Source: Candidatus Micrarchaeota archaeon
GTDB taxonomy: Archaea > Micrarchaeota > Micrarchaeia > Anstonellales > Bilamarchaeaceae
Length of the DNA stretch: 26,478 nucleotides
Reading direction: 5' to 3'
NCBI GenBank assembly: GCA_043816005.1
Contig: JBDRIM010000080.1
Location: 1-26,478, forward strand
Shown here: positions 16,701 to 24,208 of the stretch, one piece after another
Position numbering within the stretch: position 1 is the stretch's first letter
How the letters are laid out: the number at the start of each line of letters is the position of its first letter
Translations under genes and position numbers: made by a program
Notes under the pieces: model-generated
What the model saw: only the letters and a program-made list of their open reading frames with translations
Database searches by the model: none
What the model was told of the DNA's origin: nothing

Positions 16701-17875
16701 ATATTAGAACAGATTTTCCAGTTCTTTTGAACAATCCGGATACGATTTATCTTGATAGTGCATGCACTTCGCTAAAACCCATACAAGTGATAGAAGCTGA
16801 AGGAGAATATTATAAAAAATTAGGGGCATGTGCAGGTAGAAGTTCCCATCGTCTTGGACGTGAAACTAATCAAAAACTCGACGAATCACGCGAAATAGTT
16901 GCAAAATTCATAGGTGCTAATAGTGAAGAAATAATATGGACAAGAAATGCAACTGAAGCACTAAACATTGTTGCTAATGGACTCGATTATTCTAAAAGAA
17001 AAAAGGTAATAACAAGTACTATGGAACATCACTCGGTTCTTCTCCCATTAATGAGGTTGAGAGATAACGGAAGAATAGATCTTGAAATTGTAAGATGCGA
17101 TGATGAAGGAAATGTAGATTTCTCAGGATCAATTGACAATGAAACTGCGCTTGTTGTAACACATAGCTGGAACAATTCCACTGGGACAGGAAGAGAAATC
17201 AGATCCATTGCAAAAATGGCACATGATAGTGGTGCACTTATTTGTGTTGATGGGGCACAGGGTATTCCGCACCATAAAGCTGACTTCAAAAAAGAGAATG
17301 TTGATTTTTTATGTTTTTCAGGTCACAAAATGCTTGCACCAACTGGTATTGGCGCTTTGGCATGTAAAAAAGAATATATAAACAAACTCGCACCACTTAT
17401 AGTCGGAGGCGGAACAGTAAAAACAGTGCAACCAAATAAAGTTGTTGAGATGGAAGACCAAACTAGGTTTGAAGGTGGGATACAGCATTATGCAGGGATT
17501 GTTGGGTTTGCAGCTGCCTGTAATTATCTTAACAAAATTGGGATGGATGAAGTCGAAAAACATGAGCAAAGACTTGCAAATGCGATTTATAATGAACTTA
17601 CTGCAGTTGGTGCGGTTATCTACGGACCAAAAAGCAGCCAAAAACATGGCGCACTTTATTCATTTGGATTCAAAGGTGCAAAAGCACATGACATTGCACT
17701 TGCTCTTGATCAGGAAGGAGTTGCAGTAAGGAGTGGATTTTTTTGTGCTCAACCTGCTATGGAAGCAATGGGTGCAAAAGAAGGCGCTGTAAGAGCTAGC
17801 GGATACGTCTATAACACAGTTGAAGATATTGAAAAATTAGGCAAAATATTGGAAAAAATCAAAAAATTATACTAG
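16697..17875 (+). CDS. sufS: Cysteine desulfurase, SufS/CsdA type (class V aminotransferase)
   Basis: IYLDSACTS.KP, MEHHS, VDGAQ, FSGHKMLAPTGIG (PLP Lys) and VRSGFFCAQP (catalytic Cys). ATGA overlap with the upstream gene. Confidence 0.92.
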   Translation: MNIRTDFPVLLNNPDTIYLDSACTSLKPIQVIEAEGEYYKKLGACAGRSSHRLGRETNQKLDESREIVAKFIGANSEEIIWTRNATEALNIVANGLDYSKRKKVITSTMEHHSVLLPLMRLRDNGRIDLEIVRCDDEGNVDFSGSIDNETALVVTHSWNNSTGTGREIRSIAKMAHDSGALICVDGAQGIPHHKADFKKENVDFLCFSGHKMLAPTGIGALACKKEYINKLAPLIVGGGTVKTVQPNKVVEMEDQTRFEGGIQHYAGIVGFAAACNYLNKIGMDEVEKHEQRLANAIYNELTAVGAVIYGPKSSQKHGALYSFGFKGAKAHDIALALDQEGVAVRSGFFCAQPAMEAMGAKEGAVRASGYVYNTVEDIEKLGKILEKIKKLY

Positions 17876-19281
17876 TTAAAAAATAATACTCCTTTGTGAT
17901 TGGTGCCACACACTGCAGCAACAAAATTACCATGATAAACAATTAAATGCGGAATTGAACGATCAACTGTGGAATTTGCTCTGAGTCTTTCGAAGTTCAC
18001 ATAACCTTCCATGTAACCTACTTTTGACTCATATAATAACCGAGACATATGATCAACTCCAGTTAATCCAATATCATGAACTTGTGCATCAGTTAATTTT
18101 TCAACTACAAAACACAGATTATGTAATTGTGAAAATGGAGGGTTTTCAAATTGTGATGATGTTGCTTCTGGAGGTACAATTAAAATGTAAGGTTTACCGA
18201 GTCTATCTAAAGCCAAGAGAGAAGGAAACCCCTGTTTAGCATCGTCTAGATAATCTTTCGTTATATAGTTAACGATCATTGGTGCTTTTACTGTTACTGC
18301 ACCAAGAACAGTACGAGAAACAGAGAGAATTTTTTGTTCATTGACATTTTGTGGATAATCTGGATTGTAAGCTCGAGAAAGATGAGATGGTCTAGCTTGA
18401 ACCACATAAAGCCGTTTACCTTTGCTTGGTGCAGTAGCAAATTCAATATCAAGTGGAGATGGTGCAAAATGTGGTTCCAAAATAAGAGAAAGTGCATTTA
18501 ATGGGATAACGTAACGTGACAAAAATGCACCAACTGCTTCATCCATTGAAGAAAAGTTGAGTAATTCTAATGCCCTTTTTACACTTAGTTTAACTGGTTT
18601 ACCAGATGCATCAAGAAATTCTGCGTCTTTTTGATTAACATGAACAATGAAATCATTTTTACCAAAATGACCCCTTCTAAGTATTGCTGTGTTAGCAGAT
18701 TTTGAATCACCTACTGCAATAGTACCAAGTCCAAGTACAAATGACAGAGTGAGAGTACCTTCACCATTTATAGATGATGTATCTAAGACCCCACTAAATG
18801 CAGGACCAAAATGCTGATCAGAAAGAGGACCACCTACGACGCTTTGAATAAGAATTGCTAGTCCGGGTTCTAACTGATTTCTTGCAACAAAAGCACTACA
18901 TGCAGGAGAAAGGGAAGTTAAAACAACTGATTGGACAACTGATGCAAGTTCAATACTATCTCCTGTGTATTTTAAAAATTTAGTATCAAATACACCTGCA
19001 CAGCTAACTGCTCCATCTTCACATAAAGCAGATGAACGAACAGCCATGTAACCACTTCTAAGATGTACTGTGCTTAAAAATGATGAGAGTTCATTAAGAT
19101 TAGATGAAGTAGCACTTACAACATCAGTAGCAAGCATTTTCACAGTTGGAATTCTTGCTATCCCCTGACTTTGCAGGTGATGTGCCATTGCCCATGTATT
19201 ATGACCTTTTCCGCCAACCTTACCACTACCGATTTTTTCAACACTGCCGATGGTTTTGGAAGGAAACTTGTGAGTGGACAT
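17872..19281 (-). CDS. PEP synthase/PPDK-like ATP-grasp protein with putative phosphohistidine domain
   Basis: VGGKG, MAVRSSALCEDGAVSCAGVFDT, LAILIQSVVG, FSGV, GLGT, PLDIEFA and LYVVQARP. C-terminal PYILI..GLTGVDHMSRLLYESKVGYM. Confidence 0.8.
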   Translation of the reverse strand: MSTHKFPSKTIGSVEKIGSGKVGGKGHNTWAMAHHLQSQGIARIPTVKMLATDVVSATSSNLNELSSFLSTVHLRSGYMAVRSSALCEDGAVSCAGVFDTKFLKYTGDSIELASVVQSVVLTSLSPACSAFVARNQLEPGLAILIQSVVGGPLSDQHFGPAFSGVLDTSSINGEGTLTLSFVLGLGTIAVGDSKSANTAILRRGHFGKNDFIVHVNQKDAEFLDASGKPVKLSVKRALELLNFSSMDEAVGAFLSRYVIPLNALSLILEPHFAPSPLDIEFATAPSKGKRLYVVQARPSHLSRAYNPDYPQNVNEQKILSVSRTVLGAVTVKAPMIVNYITKDYLDDAKQGFPSLLALDRLGKPYILIVPPEATSSQFENPPFSQLHNLCFVVEKLTDAQVHDIGLTGVDHMSRLLYESKVGYMEGYVNFERLRANSTVDRSIPHLIVYHGNFVAAVCGTNHKGVLFFN

Positions 19282-19389
19282 TAATTATAATTATTATTAA
19301 ATGTCTTTATAAATCTACTCCTTTTACCACAAATAACAACTAAAACAGGGAATATGGCGTATTAAATAGTTTATTCAATTATTTAGATC

Positions 19390-19731
19390 ATGAAACTTAC
19401 TTTGATACATATTGGCGCAGTATCTTTTGGTAAACTACTTGCTCTTTGGACTTTTATTTTTGGACTTCTTGGTTTAGTTTTGTATGGGATTGCAACAATA
19501 ATTCTTACACTCTTAAGTCTTGCTGCTGGAGCAAATATAACTACAGTTTTGATTGGAATTGGGATTAGTTTAGGTACGGGAATAGTCGGGGTCGTTGTGG
19601 GTTCTATTGTGATGTTTATATTTGGATTCATAGCTGCAGTCATCTATAATATACTCTTGGAATTAAGTGGTGGTTTAGACATTGATTACTTAGAAAGAGA
19701 AGTTGATAGTTCAGTAAAAAAAGTTAAATAA
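19390..19731 (+). CDS. Small two-TM membrane protein (DUF3566-like)
   Basis: IGAVSFGKL N-terminus, two long hydrophobic helices, and IYNILLELSGGLDID C-terminus. Confidence 0.7.
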   Translation: MKLTLIHIGAVSFGKLLALWTFIFGLLGLVLYGIATIILTLLSLAAGANITTVLIGIGISLGTGIVGVVVGSIVMFIFGFIAAVIYNILLELSGGLDIDYLEREVDSSVKKVK

Positions 19732-19751
19732 AATACCGAGTATAATAGGTC

Positions 19752-20078
19752 ATGATTATGGTCAATTTAAGAAGAATGCAAAGACAAGCTGCACTAAATG
19801 AACGAGTAGAATTAATATTTTACAAAGTTACGGAAAAGGATGGGAAAAAATTATTAAAGCCACTTAAGATTAACACAACAGTCCCCATTTCAGTTGTTAA
19901 GGCAATTTTAGATAGAACGATTGTTGATAGTTTTTATCATAGATTAGCAAACGATCTTTTGGAACGAGGAGTAAAATCTGGAACAACAGTACAGATAAGA
20001 GCTAATTTTAGTAAATCCAATGCTGCAGTTGACCCTGCATTCACAGGAACACATGTTTTATGCGAGGTTAAAGTTTAG
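19752..20078 (+). CDS. Hypothetical protein
   Basis: 108-aa ORF filling the gap between neighbours, with host-like codon usage. No family recognised. Confidence 0.6.
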   Translation: MIMVNLRRMQRQAALNERVELIFYKVTEKDGKKLLKPLKINTTVPISVVKAILDRTIVDSFYHRLANDLLERGVKSGTTVQIRANFSKSNAAVDPAFTGTHVLCEVKV

Positions 20079-20116
20079 TAATTGGTTGTTCACCGTCAGA
20101 AACAAGTGTAGCCTTT

Positions 20117-20158
20117 TACAGCCAGTTTTTGGCTTTACCTTTTTCCTAAAAAGGTAAA
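20117..20158 (-). repeat. Dispersed palindromic repeat, copy C (immediately 3' of tRNA-His)
   Basis: Minus strand TTTACCTTTTT-AGG-AAAAAGGTAAA-GCCAAAAACTGGCTGTA. Confidence 0.75.
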
Positions 20159-20161
20159 AAG

Positions 20162-20311
20162 GGCCACGACCGAGAATCGAACTCGGGTCTAGGGCTCCAC
20201 AGGCCCCCATACTACCAGTATACGCTCTTTTGGTGTTTTACCTCATGCCTTTTCCCAGGGGTTTTGGCATTAGTTGATACTTATCCAAAAGGCCTTTATA
20301 CTATCGTGGCC
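20162..20311 (-). tRNA. tRNA-His (GUG) with a 78-nt insertion/intron in the D-loop
   Basis: Acceptor GCCACGA/TCGTGGC, encoded G-1 and discriminator C73 (His identity), anticodon arm GGGGC-CTGTGGA-GCCCT, T-arm CCGAG-TTCGATT-CTCGG. The D-arm is interrupted at about 20217-20294. Confidence 0.92.
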
Positions 20312-20379
20312 ATCCTATTGAAGCAGTTGCTTCAATTCTGGCCGCGAGTTTTGGTCAAAAACCAAAAACATCGTGGCCA

Positions 20380-20416
20380 TGAAACTTTTTAGTAAAAAGT
20401 TTCACAAAAACTAGTT
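20380..20416 (+). repeat. Dispersed palindromic repeat, copy D
   Basis: TGAAACTTTTT-AGT-AAAAAGTTTCA-CAAAAACTAGTT. Confidence 0.75.
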
Positions 20417-20476
20417 ACGCTAATTTTTGCGGAGCAAAAATAGTTTGCTAGCTGTGACTAACATTAGAACGTGCGA

Positions 20477-21367
20477 TTATCTATTTAAAAGAATTCCCCT
20501 TCTGCTTTTCAGTACCTCTTTTCCATCTCCACAGAAGAATTCAACTTTTTTTGCTTCAGATTGTTCAACATAATCAATAAGATCGTGAAAATCTGCATGA
20601 TCACTCAAAGGAAATGCAGTATCGGTATCAAAACGATAGTGAAGTGCCCAACCAGTTGCAACTGCACAAAAAGTAGGTCGTTCAAATGCCTGTGCAAGAC
20701 GATAGGCAAAATATCTTTTCGCTTTGCTCATTGGAACAATAGAAACAAAACTTTTTTTCATAGTTTCTTCTGCTTCTTCTGTTCCAACTTCAATACGATC
20801 TAATTTTACTCCGTATTTTTCATAGATTGAACAAAATGCTTCAGTTTTTTTTGGAACAATTGGAACAACACCGCATTCATTGAGAATTCTTATCATCTCT
20901 TGTGCTTTGCCAAGCTCATAGCACCCGATCAAAAGATTATTCTGTTGATTATCATTGATCCATTTGTGAACCATTGCATGAACATCTTCTGCAGGAGGAA
21001 AAACATATCTCGGATCTCCATATGTTGCTTCTATAATAAGTTTATCACACTGGGGAATTTCTGCTTTCATACCAAAAATATTTGGCTTGGTACAAATATC
21101 ACCTGTGTAAACAACTATTTCACCATCACAGTCTGCAACAAGTTGCTTTGCACCAAGAATATGGCCGGCATCAATCATTTTGACACCATTTGGCTCAGGA
21201 AGTGGATCGAGTTCCAGACCTGCTAGATCTAAAGTTTCAAAACTGGAAATTATTTGTTTGTGTCTTTTTATCCCTTTAGTATGATCAGAATGAGCATGAG
21301 AGAGGAATGCAATGCCACCTTCTGACGAATCGAGACCAATTACTAAACCATTGCATGGGATTTGCAT
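20477..21367 (-). CDS. Metallo-beta-lactamase/beta-CASP nuclease (SNM1-like)
   Basis: SHAHSDH, AGHILGA, YTGD, LIIEATYG, LGKAQE, ATGW and PLSDHADF. Confidence 0.9.
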   Translation of the reverse strand: MQIPCNGLVIGLDSSEGGIAFLSHAHSDHTKGIKRHKQIISSFETLDLAGLELDPLPEPNGVKMIDAGHILGAKQLVADCDGEIVVYTGDICTKPNIFGMKAEIPQCDKLIIEATYGDPRYVFPPAEDVHAMVHKWINDNQQNNLLIGCYELGKAQEMIRILNECGVVPIVPKKTEAFCSIYEKYGVKLDRIEVGTEEAEETMKKSFVSIVPMSKAKRYFAYRLAQAFERPTFCAVATGWALHYRFDTDTAFPLSDHADFHDLIDYVEQSEAKKVEFFCGDGKEVLKSRRGILLNR

Positions 21368-21392
21368 ATCAGATAATCACACATAAGAAATA

Positions 21393-22076
21393 TTAATACA
21401 TCGACTTATCTTCATCTTCGACGTATTCGTATGATAAAATATCACGAATCATTTTTGCTCTTTTCTTACCTACAACAAAGGTAATGTCCTTTTCACTGGC
21501 GTTAATTAGATTTTCAATTGTACCAAAATGAGCAAGTAGTTTTTTCGACATCTTAGGACCAATTGATGGAAACATTTCAACTATCGCACGTGCAGCTTGA
21601 GATGGAGTATTTGTGTGTTTTTTTGCATAAATTCTCATTGGTACTTTTTTTGCAATCTGTTCATGCTTTGCAAGATTGAAAATTAAATCAGCAGTTGCTT
21701 CCTTATCTCGAGTAAATATCAATGATGCACCAAAATCAGTCATTATTGCAGCATATGCACCAAGAAGTGCACTGCGACTGATTCTTTCGTCTGGACTTGT
21801 TCCCTCGATAATTATGATAACTCGTTCGTAATTCTGTATTAAATTTGGCATTTGAGTAAATAGTCTTCCGTCAATTATTGATGATTCAAAATCAGAACGA
21901 GTTTTACGTTCAACAACAACTTTGGATGAACAAAGAAAATCCCCAACATCAAGAACACGGCGATCTACTTCTGCTCCCCAACCCTTAAAAAATTCATCAA
22001 AAAGTTTGTCCTCCCGATGATCAACTACAATTCGAACTTTATCACTTGGAGCAGCGTCTAAAAATTGCTGCATCAT
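21393..22076 (-). CDS. xpf: Short XPF/ERCC4 structure-specific endonuclease with HhH domain
   Basis: VDHRE, LDVGDF, VVVERKT.SDFESSIIDGRLF.Q, IIIIEG and HhH FPSIGPK...HFGTIENL. Confidence 0.9.
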   Translation of the reverse strand: MMQQFLDAAPSDKVRIVVDHREDKLFDEFFKGWGAEVDRRVLDVGDFLCSSKVVVERKTRSDFESSIIDGRLFTQMPNLIQNYERVIIIIEGTSPDERISRSALLGAYAAIMTDFGASLIFTRDKEATADLIFNLAKHEQIAKKVPMRIYAKKHTNTPSQAARAIVEMFPSIGPKMSKKLLAHFGTIENLINASEKDITFVVGKKRAKMIRDILSYEYVEDEDKSMY

Positions 22077-22119
22077 TTCACCATGTAAAAATTCTGATTT
22101 TTACTCAGACAAAATGAAC

Positions 22120-22803
22120 TCATTTTGTCACCATCGACAGATATTCAGTAATTTCTTCAAAACTTATTGAGCAACCAGCATATTTCATTTTATATAATGC
22201 AGCTTCGAGTGCTTCTTTTTGAAGTTTTTGGAATGATTTGAAGTATCCTTTTTCATAGGCAAGCATAACCAATTCACTACTGCGCAAAGCATCAAGACTA
22301 GATACCGTAGCTGCCAGTTCTCTAAAGCTGTTTTTATTAATCATAACATTAACTTGAAATTCTTTTTCCAAATGTCCCTTCAGTTTAAAAGGTCCTTCGA
22401 TTAACAGTCGCGTAGTTCTTTCATCTATGAGAATTGTTTCTACACCTGTTTCCTTTGCCAGTGCAAGCACTTCCGATTCGCCATAATGAATTAATCTGAC
22501 TGGTTTGCCTTTGATATAAAACATATTATTTGCTGCATTCATCAACCTTCTTGTTTCTGTTTCTATTTTTGCATCTACAACAACCACAACCCCATCTGCA
22601 ATCGCATCTTTTATTCGAATTGCTGAGAAAAGATATTTGCGTAAATTACTATGAAGCGGTCTTGTAACCGTTTCATATTCTACAGAAGGAGGGATGATGA
22701 ACCTAACATTGTATTTTTCTGCGAAAAAACGAACAAGACTGTCAAGACATCCTGCAGTAAGAGATATGAGTACACCAGAATCGCAGAGGACATCACGCGC
22801 CAT
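22120..22803 (-). CDS. PIN-domain protein (DUF3368-like)
   Basis: VLCDSGVLI, IPPSVEYE, IHYGESEVLALA and ILIDERTTR acidic tetrad. ATG at 22803. Confidence 0.8.
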   Translation of the reverse strand: MARDVLCDSGVLISLTAGCLDSLVRFFAEKYNVRFIIPPSVEYETVTRPLHSNLRKYLFSAIRIKDAIADGVVVVVDAKIETETRRLMNAANNMFYIKGKPVRLIHYGESEVLALAKETGVETILIDERTTRLLIEGPFKLKGHLEKEFQVNVMINKNSFRELAATVSSLDALRSSELVMLAYEKGYFKSFQKLQKEALEAALYKMKYAGCSISFEEITEYLSMVTK

Positions 22804-22860
22804 AGGATTGTCTCGCGCTTTTAATTTATAAATTTTTGTTAGATGTTTTTTTGAAGTCTT

Positions 22861-22891
22861 GTTTGGGGACCAGGGGGCTGGCCCCCGAAAC
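22861..22891. other. GC-rich intergenic hairpin
   Basis: GTTT-GGGG-A-CCAG-gggg-CTGG-C-CCCC-G-AAAC in an AT-rich spacer between two co-oriented genes. Confidence 0.6.
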
Positions 22892-22897
22892 AAAAAA

Positions 22898-23446
22898 TTA
22901 TTGGCTAATGAGTCTTCTTGCTATTTTCATCCGATCGCTGATTTTTATTTCATCCTTAAGCCGATCAAACATCATTGTTTCTCCAGCATAGTCCAAAATC
23001 TCTTGTTTATCCAAACCAGTCATATCAGCAGCAACACCAAGACTCATACCTTGTGCATAAAATGTAGCTGCCATTTTGAGTTTTCCTTTTGCAACCAAAT
23101 TGATTATGAACCGTGGGTCTCTTTCTTCAAGATGAGCAATTGTTCTTTCAAGATCAGAAAAAATAGTTAGTAGTTCATCTTCCTGTGCAACATCTATTCT
23201 GTTTGCAAGTTTTGCAAGGAGTTTTTCTATTGCATTCAATGAAGTTGAACATGCTGAGCTGAGAAAACGTGGTTTTGAAACAATTTTAGAAAGCACATAA
23301 GAAAGGGTTCCAAGATTGTAGGTTACTTTGTTAAATTCAAGATAGCTAACTTTCAGAACTTCGTCGTTCAGTTTTCTTAACTTTCTTTGGTCTCTTGCTT
23401 TAAATGAGGATAAAATCCGATCTGCAAGTGAAAATAATCGTACCAA
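22898..23446 (-). CDS. Conserved hypothetical helical protein with C-terminal HTH-like segment
   Basis: SYVLSKIVSKPRF and YAQGMSLGVAADMTGLDKQEILDYAGET. AGGTG RBS precedes the TTG at 23446. Confidence 0.75.
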   Translation of the reverse strand: MVRLFSLADRILSSFKARDQRKLRKLNDEVLKVSYLEFNKVTYNLGTLSYVLSKIVSKPRFLSSACSTSLNAIEKLLAKLANRIDVAQEDELLTIFSDLERTIAHLEERDPRFIINLVAKGKLKMAATFYAQGMSLGVAADMTGLDKQEILDYAGETMMFDRLKDEIKISDRMKIARRLISQ

Positions 23447-23477
23447 ATGGACACCTGTGTAAAAAAAGCACAATAGC

Positions 23478-23506
23478 TTTATAAATGTATCATGATCATA
23501 TCATGA
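23478..23506. promoter_or_regulatory. TATA box plus adjacent dyad operator
   Basis: Palindromic TTTATAAA (23478-23485), then TCATGAT-CAT-ATCATGA (TATCATGA repeated with 11-bp period), between divergent genes. Confidence 0.55.
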
Positions 23507-23541
23507 CAGTTGCGTGATTTCATCGCAACACGGTGATGCTT

Positions 23542-23976
23542 ATGAAAGACAACAGCAACAAAGAATTTAAACCTATTGACAGCGCGTTCACCAAAGAAAT
23601 ACGAAGTGACCTCGAACAGAACATGGATAAATTCAGGGACCCGATAATACTCGGCGAGATGGTTTACCGCTTACTTGAAGAACGGGAAAACACAAACAGA
23701 CTGCTAAAAAGTATCCTCCAGAAACTGGAGCAGATAGAAGCAAAAACTGGCCAAAAACCAAGTTTGAATGCAATAGCTGAAGAACGTGTATTATCTGAAA
23801 TAGACGGACAGATGCTCAGTTTCGTAAAAGAAACAGGAAAAGTATCTGCAGAAGAAGTCCGAATAAAGTTCAAATATCGAGGTAAGAACGCGGCATCAGC
23901 AAGGCTTAATCGCCTCTTCGGAATGAACTTGTTGAAAAAACAACAAGTTGGGAAGAAGGTTTACTTCTTTCCGTAA
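23542..23976 (+). CDS. Coiled-coil plus winged-HTH DNA-binding protein
   Basis: Coiled coil LLEERENTNRLLKSILQKLEQIE; wHTH LSEIDGQMLSFV..VSAEEV..NAASARLNRL..GKKVYF. GGTGA RBS precedes ATG 23542 (23533 and 23536 are alternatives). Confidence 0.8.
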   Translation: MKDNSNKEFKPIDSAFTKEIRSDLEQNMDKFRDPIILGEMVYRLLEERENTNRLLKSILQKLEQIEAKTGQKPSLNAIAEERVLSEIDGQMLSFVKETGKVSAEEVRIKFKYRGKNAASARLNRLFGMNLLKKQQVGKKVYFFP

Positions 23977-23992
23977 TTAACAAAAAAATATT

Positions 23993-24196
23993 GATGGCAA
24001 GGATGAGAACGGATCGTACCTCCCGCCTCTCTCAAATTTTATGGTCCGTTCTCACTTGTTATCCTCCCACTCTGCCTAGGGGCCCTGACTAGGGCTTCTA
24101 AGCAATTTTTATGAGAATCGATGGCAAGTGCTGACCACACTTGTTATCCTCCCAATAAAAGAGCACTCCTAGAAACTCTGACCAGGGTTTCTAGGA
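23993..24196 (+). ncRNA. Candidate tandem structured RNA (two copies of hairpin-CCTCCCA-hairpin)
   Basis: GATGGCAAG...CTTGTTATC-CTCCCA occurs twice (starting at 23993 and 24120). Each copy is followed by a 13-bp stem with a GACY loop that differs by compensatory changes. Confidence 0.55.
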
Positions 24197-24208
24197 AAAT
24201 CTCTTTTT

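Noticed and set aside
22804..22893. N-terminal extension of the PIN ORF, and similar extensions at 3007, 13138, 14860 and 16673
   Set aside because: They cross hairpins, promoters or neighbouring genes. Downstream ATGs fit the RBS positions and family N-termini.
23993..24160. Minus-strand GGGAGG-N7-GTG micro-ORFs (33 aa and 7 aa), or a CRISPR array
   Set aside because: The peptides are not conserved between the two units while base pairing is. G-U pairs favour a plus-strand RNA, and the unit lengths are unequal.
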